From an uncultured Actinomycetes bacterium (GTDB lineage Bacteria; Actinomycetota; UBA4738; JBBDTT01), in the NCBI GenBank assembly GCA_963742735.1, contig CAVUMN010000004.1, forward strand, positions 1,024,001-1,088,000: a stretch of 64,000 nucleotides of DNA, given 5' to 3'. The translations under genes were made by a program, and so were the position numbers. Each line of letters begins with the position of its first letter. Within the stretch, counting starts at the first letter, position 1. This document shows positions 47,587 through 56,984 of this stretch, one piece after another. The notes beneath the pieces were generated by a model, which worked only from the letters and a program-made list of their open reading frames with translations, was not told the origin of the DNA and made no database searches.

Positions 47587-47697
47587 GCGTCGAAATCACG
47601 GATGAGGTTGCCACCCCCCGGCGAGGGCCGGTACGCTCCGCCCCGACCTTTGCCCGGCTACCGGCCTGCGCAGCGCAGCCCAGCTGGAGGACGCGGT

Positions 47698-48723
47698 TTG
47701 ACCGTCAGCAGAGCCAAGACTCGACTTCCCCTGCTGATCGCCTCGGTGCTGATCGGCGTGGTCATGGTCGTCCCGGTTCGGGCCGACACCGCCGACGACC
47801 TCGCGGCCGCGAAGAAGCGCCAGGCCCAGGTGCAGGCCGAGCTCAACCGCGCGACGGCGGCGCACCAGGCCGCCGTCTCCCGCTACGAGAAGACGCAGGA
47901 TCAGATCGCGGCGACCCTGAAGTCGATCGCGGCAACGGAGAAGAAGCTCCACCGGCTGCGTCAGGGGCTCGCCCAGCGTGCGCGCGACGCCTACGAGCGG
48001 GGCGCGGCCGGCACCCTCGACGTGCTGCTGACGTCCTCGAGCTTCAGCCAGTTCTCCGACCGGGTGCAGTACCTGGACCGGATGTCCGAGGGCGACGCGG
48101 ACCTGATCATTCTGGCCAACGTCACCAACGAGCAGCTGTCCCGCCAGCGGGCCGACCTGGAGAAGCTCTCGAAGGCGCAGGCCTCCGCCGCCGCCGAGGC
48201 CGCCGCACAGGAGGCGAGCATCGCCTCGCTGTTCCGCGAGGCCGAGGCGCTGGTCGACAAGCTCGACGCCACGCTGCGGGCCGAGCGTCAGCTCTCCAAC
48301 TTCATCGACGTCATCCAGGGCTCCGGCCTCAACGCGTGTCCGGTCAACGGCCCGCGCGCCTTCGGCGACGACTACGGGAACCCGCGCTCGGGTGGCCGAT
48401 CCCACCAGGGCAACGACATCCTGGCGCCGTACGGCACGCCGGTCGTGGCCGCGCAGCCCGGTCGGTTCGAGGGCACCTACAACTCGCTCGGCGGCACGTC
48501 GGCCTACGTGTACGGGGACGGCGGCGACCTCACGTACTACGCGCACCTGTCCGCCTACGCGGGCGTCGGTAGCGGCTCCCACGTCGACGCCGGCCAGGCC
48601 ATCGGCGCCGTGGGCGACTCCGGGAACGCGTCCGGCGGCCCGCCGCACCTGCACTTCGAGTACCACCCCGGCGGGGGCGGGCCCACCAACCCGTATCCCT
48701 ACCTCAGGGCCGTCTGCGGTTAG
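47698..48723 (+). CDS. Secreted coiled-coil plus M23 peptidoglycan endopeptidase
   Basis: Signal peptide, coiled coil, HQGNDI, YYAHL, PHLHFE; RBS GGAGG before TTG. Confidence 0.9.
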   Translation: MTVSRAKTRLPLLIASVLIGVVMVVPVRADTADDLAAAKKRQAQVQAELNRATAAHQAAVSRYEKTQDQIAATLKSIAATEKKLHRLRQGLAQRARDAYERGAAGTLDVLLTSSSFSQFSDRVQYLDRMSEGDADLIILANVTNEQLSRQRADLEKLSKAQASAAAEAAAQEASIASLFREAEALVDKLDATLRAERQLSNFIDVIQGSGLNACPVNGPRAFGDDYGNPRSGGRSHQGNDILAPYGTPVVAAQPGRFEGTYNSLGGTSAYVYGDGGDLTYYAHLSAYAGVGSGSHVDAGQAIGAVGDSGNASGGPPHLHFEYHPGGGGPTNPYPYLRAVCG

Positions 48724-48761
48724 GTCTTTCAGGGGCCGCGCTCGCGGCCGATAATCCAGGG

Positions 48762-49587
48762 GTGGATCCGGTGGTGATCACGGTCGCTCCCGTCGGAGGC
48801 GAGCTGTCGCGAGACGAGCAGCCGCATCTCCCGCTGACCCCCGACGAGATCGCCGAGGAGGTCGCGCGCGCCGCGGAGGCCGGCGCCTCCATCGTCCACG
48901 TCCACGCCCGCGACGAGCGCGGCGCCCCCAGCCAGCGCGCCGAGCATTTCGTGCCGATCCTCGAGGCCATCCGGGCCCGGACCGACATCGTGATCCAGAC
49001 CTCGACCGGCGGGCTCCGTCGGGATGACGGAGGCCGAGCGGGCCGAGCCACTCACCCTGGACCCCGAGATGGCCACCCTGACCACCGGCACGGTGAACTT
49101 CGGCGCCGAGGTCTTCGAGAACCCGCCTCAGCTCATCGAGCGGTTCTTCGCCGAGATGCGCGAGCGGGGGATCGCCGTTGAGTTCGAGTGCTTCGACGCC
49201 GGCCACGTCGACGCGGCGGTGGGGCTGGTCGAGCGCCACGACGTGGAGGCGCGCCACCTGCACTTCGACTTCGTCCTGGGCGTGCCCGGCGGGATGCGGG
49301 GGAGCCCCGAGGCGGTGGCGTTCATGGCCTCGCTGCTTCCCCCCGGAGCCACGTGGACGGCGACGGGGATCGGGCGGACCCATCTGCCGGTGACCCTGGC
49401 GGCCATCGCCCTGGGCGGGCACGTCCGTTCCGGCTTCGAGGACAACATCTACTATCGGAAGGGCGAGCTGGCCACCTCGAACGCGCAGCTGATCGAGCGG
49501 GTGGCGCGGCTGGCCGCGGAGTCGGGCCGAGGGGTCGCCTCGGTCGACGAGACGCGAGCGATGCTGGGTCTGGAGGGAGCGCCATGA
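48762..49587 (+). CDS. 3-keto-5-aminohexanoate cleavage (Kce/BKACE) family protein, frameshifted near 49015
   Basis: VITVAPVG, LPLTPDEIA, GASIVHVHARD, STGG; second frame EFECFD, GGHVRSGFEDN, SNAQL. Confidence 0.88.
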
Positions 49588-50138
49588 GCGAGCGGGTACG
49601 GATGGGCGGGAACCGGCGGATCGACCACATCCTGGACCCGGAGTTCGTCCAGGGCCTCCAGGACCTGGCCACCGAGGAGCTCCGCCGCCGGCGCGACCTG
49701 ACCCGCGCCGAGCTCGAGTACCTCTCCTACTTCCGGCGCCTGCTCCAGGTCCGCCAGGACATCCTGTCGGCCGAGCGCGACCGCCGGGCCTCCGGCGGGG
49801 ACGCCGTCCCGGTCGTGGACCGGCTGTCCGAGATCCTGTCCGAGGGCTCCTCCGGAGCGGGCGGCTCGCGCGGGCAGTACCTTTCGCTCGAGGTCCCCGA
49901 CGAGGAGATCCAGCTGGCCCGCCGCGGCGCCGAGGCCCTGGTCGCCGACGCGCAGCTCTCCGACCTGGAGGCGTTCACGGACGAGGGCCTCGGCGAGACG
50001 ATCGACCGGCTCTCGAAGAACGAGACCGAGGTCTCCGAGGACCGCGGGGCCGTGTTCAAGGTCCACGACGCGCTCCAGGAGGAGCTGAAGGAGCGCTACC
50101 GGACCGACCTCAGTCAGGTGCCGTCGGAACCCCGATGA
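49584..50138 (+). CDS. RsiG/AmfC-family coiled-coil protein
   Basis: GNRRIDHILDPEF, LSYFRRLLQVRQDIL, EVSEDR...HDALQEELKERYR; ATGA overlap with the kce-like gene. Confidence 0.8.
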   Translation: MSERVRMGGNRRIDHILDPEFVQGLQDLATEELRRRRDLTRAELEYLSYFRRLLQVRQDILSAERDRRASGGDAVPVVDRLSEILSEGSSGAGGSRGQYLSLEVPDEEIQLARRGAEALVADAQLSDLEAFTDEGLGETIDRLSKNETEVSEDRGAVFKVHDALQEELKERYRTDLSQVPSEPR

Positions 50139-50165
50139 AGATCGAACAGCGCGCCCCCTCGCTCC

Positions 50166-50897
50166 GTGTCCCCCGAGCTCGAGTCCGTCCAGCGCCAGCT
50201 CGCGGTCTTCGCCAAGGAGCTCAACGTCCTGTACCGGCAGGAGCGCCAGCGTTCCTCGGAGCTGCAGCGGGCCCTGGAGCAGCTGCGGGCGGCCCACCTG
50301 GCCACCATGAAGACGCTCGCGTTCGTGGTCGAGGCCAAGGACGCGAACACCCGCGGGCACCACGACCGGACGCATCGGTACGCGGTGGCCCTCGCGAAGC
50401 TCGTCGACCCCTCGCTGGGGGAGCGGCCCGAGCTCGAGTACGGGTTCCTGCTCCACGACGTCGGGAAGGTCGCCGTCCCCGAGCACATCCTGAACAAGGA
50501 CGGGCCCCTGACCCCCGCCGAGTACGAGGTCATGAAGACCCACACCCTGCTCGGCGCGCAGATCGTCGCCCCGATGGAGTTCCTGGGCGAGGCCGTGGAG
50601 GTGATCCTGAACCACCACGAGCGCTGGGACGGCGAGGGCTACATGAAGGGCCTGAAGGGGACCGAGATCCCGATCAGCGCGCGGATCTTCTCGGTGGTCG
50701 ACGCGTTCGACGCCATGACCAGCGACCGTCCGTACCGCAAAGCGCTGACCCTCGACCACGCGGTGTCGGAGATCATGGCCGGCTCCGGCCGGCAGTTCGA
50801 CCCGGAGGTCGTCGAGGCGTTCACGATCCTGGTGGCGGGGATGGACTCGCTGGCCGTCGCCGCGCCCCAGTCGATCGGGATGTCGCCGCCCGCGTGA
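50166..50897 (+). CDS. HD-GYP domain phosphodiesterase
   Basis: VEAKDANTRGH, LLHDVGK, HHERWDGEGYM.GL.G, DAFDAMTSDRPYR, QFDP. The true start may be ATG 50135 with an indel. Confidence 0.9.
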   Translation: MSPELESVQRQLAVFAKELNVLYRQERQRSSELQRALEQLRAAHLATMKTLAFVVEAKDANTRGHHDRTHRYAVALAKLVDPSLGERPELEYGFLLHDVGKVAVPEHILNKDGPLTPAEYEVMKTHTLLGAQIVAPMEFLGEAVEVILNHHERWDGEGYMKGLKGTEIPISARIFSVVDAFDAMTSDRPYRKALTLDHAVSEIMAGSGRQFDPEVVEAFTILVAGMDSLAVAAPQSIGMSPPA

Positions 50898-50919
50898 GCG
50901 GACGCTAGGCTCGCCCCAC

Positions 50920-51894
50920 ATGGCTCGGTCCGCACGGCTCGTCGAGGTCGTGCGCTCGGGGTTCGCCGAGTCCGTCCACCGCGGCTCGGTGGCGGTGGCC
51001 GACCCCGACGGCAACCTGGTGGCGTGGGCGGGACAGCCCGAGGCCCGCGTGCACGCCCGCTCGTGCATGAAGCCCCTGCAGGCCGCCGTGTCACTCTCGC
51101 TGATCGAGGACCCGCTGTCGGACCCGGAGATCGCGGTGATGTGCGCCTCGCACAACGGCGAGCCGCAGCACATCCAGCAGGTCGAGGCGATCCTTCGCCG
51201 GGCCGGCCTGGGCTCGGAGCACCTGCGGTGTCCGTCGGCCCGGCCGATGGACCCCGAGCTCGACCGGAGCGCGAGCGGGCCGGACCGGCGCTATCACAAC
51301 TGCTCCGGCAAGCACGCGGGCATGCTCCTGGCGTGCGCCCGGCAGGGCTGGGAGCTGGAGACCTACCGGTCCCCGGACCATCCGCTCCAGCAGCGGGTGC
51401 TCCAGGCCGTGCGGCAGGCGGCCGGGGAGGAACCGACGGTCGGGGTCGACGGGTGCGGCGTTCCCGTGCACGGGATCACCCTGCGGGCGATGGCCACGAT
51501 CTTCGCGCGGCTGGCCAACCCGGCCGCGCTCGGCGAGCTCGCCGGCCCGGCCAGGCGGGCGGTGGCGGCGATGCGGGCCCAGCCGTACCTGGTCGCCGGT
51601 CGCGACCGGCTGGACACCGACGCCATGGCCGCCGTGCCGGGGCTCGTGGTGAAGTCCGGAGCGGAGGGGCTGGGCTCGGCCGCGCTGCTCGACCGGAGCC
51701 TGGGGATCGCGGTGAAGATCGACGACGGCGGCCACCGGGCCGTCCCCCCGGCGCTGCTCCGCACCGTGGAGGGCGTCGGCGGACTGGATGCCGAAACCCG
51801 GACCCGCCTGGAGCGCTACGCCGAGCCGCCCGTCATGGGCGGCGACGAGCGGGTCGGCTCGCTCGTCCCGGCGTTCGAGCTCGAGCGCGCCTGA
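50920..51894 (+). CDS. L-asparaginase II family protein
   Basis: RSGFAESVHRG, RSCMKPLQA, ASHNGE, HNCSGKHAGML, DGCG, KSGAEG, KIDDG. Confidence 0.92.
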   Translation: MARSARLVEVVRSGFAESVHRGSVAVADPDGNLVAWAGQPEARVHARSCMKPLQAAVSLSLIEDPLSDPEIAVMCASHNGEPQHIQQVEAILRRAGLGSEHLRCPSARPMDPELDRSASGPDRRYHNCSGKHAGMLLACARQGWELETYRSPDHPLQQRVLQAVRQAAGEEPTVGVDGCGVPVHGITLRAMATIFARLANPAALGELAGPARRAVAAMRAQPYLVAGRDRLDTDAMAAVPGLVVKSGAEGLGSAALLDRSLGIAVKIDDGGHRAVPPALLRTVEGVGGLDAETRTRLERYAEPPVMGGDERVGSLVPAFELERA

Positions 51895-52007
51895 CCCGTA
51901 TCTGCCGCCCGCTCCCTCTGCTTGCAGCTGTTATCTATTTCGCTTGCAAGTGTTTAACACTCTTGGTAGGCTGGGTAGGTACGTTGGTGGGAGGAATCGA
52001 TGGTCAG

Positions 52008-52469
52008 ATGGTCATGAAGGTTCGTGAGCTGGGGAGCTTCATCCGGGAGCAGCGCAGCAGCGCGAGCATCTCGCTGCGCAAGCTCGCCAAGCTGGCGGGC
52101 GTCTCGAACCCCTACCTCTCCCAGATCGAGCGAGGCCTGCGACGGCCCTCCGCGGAGATCCTGCAGTCGATCGCCAAGGCGCTGCAGATCTCGGCGGAGA
52201 CGCTGTACGTGAAGGCCGGGATCCTCGACGAGAAGGTCGGGACCGACCTGCGCCAGGCCGTCATGGCCGACGCCTCGCTCACCAGGAAGCAGAAGGACGT
52301 GTTGCTGTCGGTCTACGAGAGCTTCCGGACGGCCGACCGGAACGCGGAGGTGCTCGCCGAACGGGTCGAGGCCGCCGCGACCGAGACGCCGGTCCGGAGG
52401 AAGAAGACGCCGGCCAACGCCGCGCGGGCGAAGGCTCCCGCCAAGCCCGCGAAGGCGCAAGCCGGCTAG
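52008..52469 (+). CDS. XRE-family HTH regulator (type found upstream of hbhA)
   Basis: LGSFIREQR...SLRKLA..AGVSNPYLSQIERGLRRPSAEILQ.IAKAL.ISAETLY. Start uncertain. Confidence 0.88.
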   Translation: MVMKVRELGSFIREQRSSASISLRKLAKLAGVSNPYLSQIERGLRRPSAEILQSIAKALQISAETLYVKAGILDEKVGTDLRQAVMADASLTRKQKDVLLSVYESFRTADRNAEVLAERVEAAATETPVRRKKTPANAARAKAPAKPAKAQAG

Positions 52470-52552
52470 AGCGACGGGGGGTGGAGACCCAGGCTGTTAC
52501 AGCCCTCACCCGGCTCCCCTCCGCCCCCCGTCACCAACCCGAAAGGGAGGAG

Positions 52553-52873
52553 ATGAAGATGGCTGAGCCAAGGAACGCGCTGTACGCGACGATCGGCACC
52601 GGTTCGTTCGCGACCGAGCGCGCGAAGAAGCTGGCCGAGCGCATCCAGGGGTACGCGACCGACTACCGCAAGTGGGTGTCGAGCAACTACCGCGACCTGG
52701 TGCGCCGGGGAGAGCGGATCACCAAGAGCATCCGCACCTCCGCGCCGGTGAAGCGCGCGCAGTCGCAGACGAAGACCGCGCAGCGGCAGGTCAAGGCGGC
52801 GACCACCAGCGTCCGCAAGGCGCTCGGTGCGAACGTCGAGGCCGTGGAGTCCGCCGCGAAGAAGGTCAGCTGA
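52553..52873 (+). CDS. HBHA/phasin-like basic coiled-coil protein
   Basis: LYATIGTG...Y.DL..RGE pattern, K/R/A-rich; RBS GGAGG; follows the XRE regulator. Confidence 0.65.
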   Translation: MKMAEPRNALYATIGTGSFATERAKKLAERIQGYATDYRKWVSSNYRDLVRRGERITKSIRTSAPVKRAQSQTKTAQRQVKAATTSVRKALGANVEAVESAAKKVS

Positions 52874-52890
52874 CCGATTCGCGTCGAATT

Positions 52891-52924
52891 CGAAGGGGCC
52901 CGCCCGGAAGGGCGGGCCCTTTCG
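52891..52924 (+). terminator. Rho-independent terminator
   Basis: CGAAGGGGCCCGCCC-GGAA-GGGCGGGCCCTTTCG hairpin after the HBHA-like gene. Confidence 0.8.
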
Positions 52925-52976
52925 CTTGTCCGAGGGAGGGAAGCATCCGCATCGTTTCGGCGTTCCTGAGGTACAC

Positions 52977-54236
52977 ATGACGCAGATGCGTACCGACCCA
53001 CGCCCGCGCGTGGCCTTCGTGAGCCTGCACACCTCCCCGCTCGACCAGCCCGGCACGGGCGACTCCGGGGGCATGAACGTGTATATCCGCGCGGTGGCGG
53101 AGCAGCTCGCGGGCCGCGACGTGGACGTCGACGTCTTCACCCGGTGCCGCGGCCAGGGCGTGCCCGAGGTCGAGGACATCGCCGACGGGGCCCGCGTCAT
53201 CACCGTCCAGGCCGGCCCGTGTGCGCCCATGGCCAAGGCCGATCTGCCCGAGCTCCTGCCGAACTTCCTGGAGAGCGTGCGCGCCTTTCGCCGGCGCGAC
53301 GGGCTGGCGTACGACATCGTCCACAGCCACTACTGGCTGTCGGGCTGGGTGGGGCAGCGGCTGGTGGACGAGCTCCAGGCGCCGCTGGTCGCCTCGTTCC
53401 ACACCCTGGGCAAGGTGAAGAACTTCACGCGCGTGTCGAACGACCTCCCGGAGCCGGCTCACCGGCTGGACCAGGAGGAGCGGGTGGTCGGCCGCGCGGA
53501 CCGCATCCTGGCGCCGACGCCGGCCGAGGCGGCCCAGCTGGTCGGCCTCTACGGCGCGGATCCCGAGCGCGTCCGGGTGATCCCGCCCGGGGTGGACATG
53601 TCGCTGTTTGCGCCGCGCGATCCCGCCGAGGCCCGGGCCCGGCTGGGGCTGGTGGGCAAGCGCGTCCTGGTGTTCGTCGGACGGCTTCAGCAGCTCAAGG
53701 GGCCGGACGTGGCCATCCGCGCGCTGGCCGAGGCGGTGGCGCGCGACCCGGTCGCGACCCGGGACGTGGTGCTCGCCGTGGTCGGCGGCCCCAGCGGTCC
53801 ACGCGACGGCGCCAGCGAGGTCGAGTCGCTCATGGACCTGGCCACGACGGCCGGCGTGGGCGACCGCGTCCAGTTCTACCCGCCGCAGGCGCACGAGCGG
53901 CTGCCCGACTTCTACTCGGCCGCCGAGGCCGTGCTGGTGCCATCGCGCTCGGAGTCCTTCGGGCTGGTGGCGCTGGAGGCCCAGGCCTGCGGCGCGCCGA
54001 TCGTGGGCGCGTCGGTGGGCGGGCTGCGGCTGGCCGTGGCCGACGGCGAGTCGGGGTTCCTGGTGTGCGGCCACGACCCGGCCGACTACGCCGACCGCAT
54101 CCTGCAGGTGCTCACCGACCCGGGCCTGGCGAGCTCGATGCGGGCCCGCGCGCTGGAGCACGCGCGCCGGTTCTCGTGGGGCGCCACCGCCACCGGCACC
54201 CTCGGGGTGTACCGGGAGCTCGGCGCCGCCGCCTAA
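52977..54236 (+). CDS. mshA: D-inositol-3-phosphate glycosyltransferase (mycothiol biosynthesis)
   Basis: SLHTSPLDQPGTGDSGGMNVY, HSHYWLSG, HTLGKVKN, VGRLQQLKGPD, SESFGLVALEAQACG. Confidence 0.92.
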   Translation: MTQMRTDPRPRVAFVSLHTSPLDQPGTGDSGGMNVYIRAVAEQLAGRDVDVDVFTRCRGQGVPEVEDIADGARVITVQAGPCAPMAKADLPELLPNFLESVRAFRRRDGLAYDIVHSHYWLSGWVGQRLVDELQAPLVASFHTLGKVKNFTRVSNDLPEPAHRLDQEERVVGRADRILAPTPAEAAQLVGLYGADPERVRVIPPGVDMSLFAPRDPAEARARLGLVGKRVLVFVGRLQQLKGPDVAIRALAEAVARDPVATRDVVLAVVGGPSGPRDGASEVESLMDLATTAGVGDRVQFYPPQAHERLPDFYSAAEAVLVPSRSESFGLVALEAQACGAPIVGASVGGLRLAVADGESGFLVCGHDPADYADRILQVLTDPGLASSMRARALEHARRFSWGATATGTLGVYRELGAAA

Positions 54237-54320
54237 CCGAGCAGGTCGCCGAGCAGGAACCGGGGTCCGGGGACGTCGAATTTCCCTAGCATTGGGGCTC
54301 CGCCCCGCCCGTTCCAAACC

Positions 54321-56984
54321 GTGCTGATGACCATGACGACGACGTCTGCCCGCCGCCATCGCGTGGCCGCCATCCTGGTGGCCCTGGCAGTGGCGTTCGG
54401 CGCCGTGGCACTGATCGTCCCCGCCCTCGCCGCCGGCTGCTCGCTGGACCCCAGCCCCTGGCGGAGCATCAACCCCCGCTTCCCGGCCGGCGGCGGCGAG
54501 GTCGCCGCCATCGCGACCCTGCGGTTCACCCCGGCGTACGTCTACGTCTCGAACGGCCCCTCGATCGTTCGGTCCGCCGACGGGGGCTGCACGTTCGCCG
54601 ACGCCCTCACGCTCACGGAGCTGGGCCTGAGTCAGGCGGCCCGCGTCACGCACATGGCCATGTACGCGGGCGACCCGCGGATCGTCTACGCCGTGATCGA
54701 GGAGACGACTCCCACGCACCGGATCCGGATCGCCCGCACGCGCGACGCGGGCGGGGACTGGGTGCTGGACGACGACGGCCTGGAGGCCGCGGTGGGCTCC
54801 CCGCTCGCGTTCGGGGTCGGCACGCGCGACAGCGAGAACAGCCTCTACCTCCTGGTGGGCCCGGCTCGCCTGACGGACGGCGAACCGTCCGTCTCGACCG
54901 GGCCGGTGCTCTACCGGAGCCTCAACCAGAGCGACACGTGGGAGCCGCGGACCGCGCCCGCCGACCTCCTGGGCGTTGGCGGCGCCGGCGAGGGGGATGA
55001 GCTCGACCTGCGAGGCATCGAGCTCGATCCCCGCGAGCCGAACAACGTCTGGCTGTACGGGCCGAGCGGCCTGTTCAAGAGCGAGAACGGCGGGGGGGCG
55101 GTCACGCAGGTCATGACCGAGCCGATCAGCGAGGTGCTCGACATGCGGACGCAGGGCGGGCTGCACTGGGTCCTGGTGTTCCACGCCGAGCGCCGCAGTG
55201 CGTTCCTCTCCCTGGACGGCGGAGGCAGCTTCCGGCCGATCGGCGTGCCGGGTGTAGGGCAGTCCGCGGCGCCGGGACGCGTCGATCTGAAGTCGGGCGA
55301 GTTCGTGATGACCTCGCTCGCCGGCGACGCCTTCCACCGGGTCGAGCTCGACGGGGCCTCCGCCGACCTCTCCCCGGGCGACGGCCGCGCCGTGTACGAC
55401 CTGCAGACCGGGCTCGTCAACAACAGCAACGACCTGGTCGTCTACGGGCGGACGGCGACCTCGCTCGAGCGGATGGTCCTGCCGGGGCCCCCGGTCCTCG
55501 GCGAGAACTCGATCCCGCCTCTGGACCCCGACGACCTCCAGCTCCCCGACGGCCGGACGCTTCGCCGGCCGACCATCGTCCCGCCCGGTGAGCAGGTGAA
55601 GCTCGCCGCCGGCGAACGCCGGACGCTCCCGGTTCGCCTGTTCATGCCGGGGACCCGCCGCGTGGACGTGTTCTTCCTGATCGACGCGTCGGCGAGCATG
55701 GGGCCGGCCATCTCGGGCCTGCGGGGGGCGCTCGCCGAGATCGTCCGGCAGCTGAACGCCGCCGGGATCGACACCTACTTCGGGCTCGCGCTCTACAAGG
55801 GCTATGACCCTCAGGCCGGAGACCCGGCGGACCGGTTCGTGTACCGCCGCATCCGTGACGTGGGCCCGCCCGACCGCGACTTCGTGATCAAGCTGGGCGA
55901 GATCGGCGTGAGCGGCGACGTGAACAACGAGAGCTCGCTGGGCGCGCTGTATCAGCTGGCGACCGGGGCCGGTCAGGACTCTGCGCCGATGTCGATCCCC
56001 GCCGGACAGGGCGCCCACTTCCGGACCGGGGCGCTCCCGGTCGTCGTGCACGCGACGGACGAGGCGTTCTCCCACGCCGCCCCGAACCCCCAGGTCGAGA
56101 CGGTGGCCTCCGCGATGCGGGCGGTGAAGGCGCTGCAGGTGGGCCTCGCCCTGCAGAGGGAGAACCAGGGTCTCATCGACCGCCGCAGCCGGCCCGGCGC
56201 CGATCTGGAGGACATGGCCCGGCGAACCGGAGCGGTCGCGCCGGTGGAGGGGCTGGACTGCGACGGCGACGGGTTCCCGAACCACGGGCCCGGCGAACCG
56301 CTCGTGTGCGCCATCGACCCCGCGCGGTCGAACGACGCGCAGGTGATGGCGCCGGCCATCGTCAACCTGCTGCTCAGCCTGGTGGACCTCGCCGACGTCT
56401 CGCTCGAGGCGAAGAGCGATCCGGGGATCGTTCGCAAGGTGTCCGCGCCCGTCAGAGACGTGCCCCTCAACTACGCCCACCAGCTCGCCTACGCGGTGAC
56501 GGTGGCGTGCCCGCCGTCGGCGGAGGGGGAGTCGCACGAGCTCGAGCTCGAGGCGTTCGCGCGGGGGGCGGCGCTGGCGAGCGGCGCCACCCAGATCGTG
56601 TGCGGCGTTCGGGTGCCGGAGCTCGCGAGGGTGCTGCCGCCGCTGGTGATCAACCCGCCGCCGGCGCCGCAGCCCGTGCAGCAGTCGAACCCGCAGTCCA
56701 ACCCCCAGCCGCAGGGCGCGTTCGCGGCGCAGCGCCAGCAGCAGCATCAGCTCGTATACGGATACGTGAACCCCACCAAGCCGCAGCCCGAGGTGGCTCC
56801 CGCCCGTGAGGAGAGCTACGAGATGCGCCGCGTACGGGAGGAGTTCACCGGCGTCCCGCCGGCGGCGACGTTCCTGACCGGCGCCGCGCTGGCCATGGGC
56901 TTCGCCCTGGCCTCGCGCCGCCGAGCTTCGCCCGCCCTGGCCCGGGCCCGCGTGACGAGACCCCCGAGGAGGAGGACCTGGTGA
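54321..56984 (+). CDS. Secreted beta-propeller (Asp-box) plus vWA domain protein with C-terminal membrane anchor
   Basis: Signal peptide; SADGGCTF, SLDGGGSF; MIDAS FLIDASASM ... ATDE; Pro/Gln linker; C-terminal hydrophobic segment plus RRR. Confidence 0.8.
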   Translation: MLMTMTTTSARRHRVAAILVALAVAFGAVALIVPALAAGCSLDPSPWRSINPRFPAGGGEVAAIATLRFTPAYVYVSNGPSIVRSADGGCTFADALTLTELGLSQAARVTHMAMYAGDPRIVYAVIEETTPTHRIRIARTRDAGGDWVLDDDGLEAAVGSPLAFGVGTRDSENSLYLLVGPARLTDGEPSVSTGPVLYRSLNQSDTWEPRTAPADLLGVGGAGEGDELDLRGIELDPREPNNVWLYGPSGLFKSENGGGAVTQVMTEPISEVLDMRTQGGLHWVLVFHAERRSAFLSLDGGGSFRPIGVPGVGQSAAPGRVDLKSGEFVMTSLAGDAFHRVELDGASADLSPGDGRAVYDLQTGLVNNSNDLVVYGRTATSLERMVLPGPPVLGENSIPPLDPDDLQLPDGRTLRRPTIVPPGEQVKLAAGERRTLPVRLFMPGTRRVDVFFLIDASASMGPAISGLRGALAEIVRQLNAAGIDTYFGLALYKGYDPQAGDPADRFVYRRIRDVGPPDRDFVIKLGEIGVSGDVNNESSLGALYQLATGAGQDSAPMSIPAGQGAHFRTGALPVVVHATDEAFSHAAPNPQVETVASAMRAVKALQVGLALQRENQGLIDRRSRPGADLEDMARRTGAVAPVEGLDCDGDGFPNHGPGEPLVCAIDPARSNDAQVMAPAIVNLLLSLVDLADVSLEAKSDPGIVRKVSAPVRDVPLNYAHQLAYAVTVACPPSAEGESHELELEAFARGAALASGATQIVCGVRVPELARVLPPLVINPPPAPQPVQQSNPQSNPQPQGAFAAQRQQQHQLVYGYVNPTKPQPEVAPAREESYEMRRVREEFTGVPPAATFLTGAALAMGFALASRRRASPALARARVTRPPRRRTW

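Noticed and set aside
8444-56747. Very long antisense or alternate-frame ORFs (e.g. 8444..11242, 22678..25971, 43296..45584, 52866..56747)
   Set aside because: Shadow ORFs caused by high GC3 on the opposite strand of well-supported genes.
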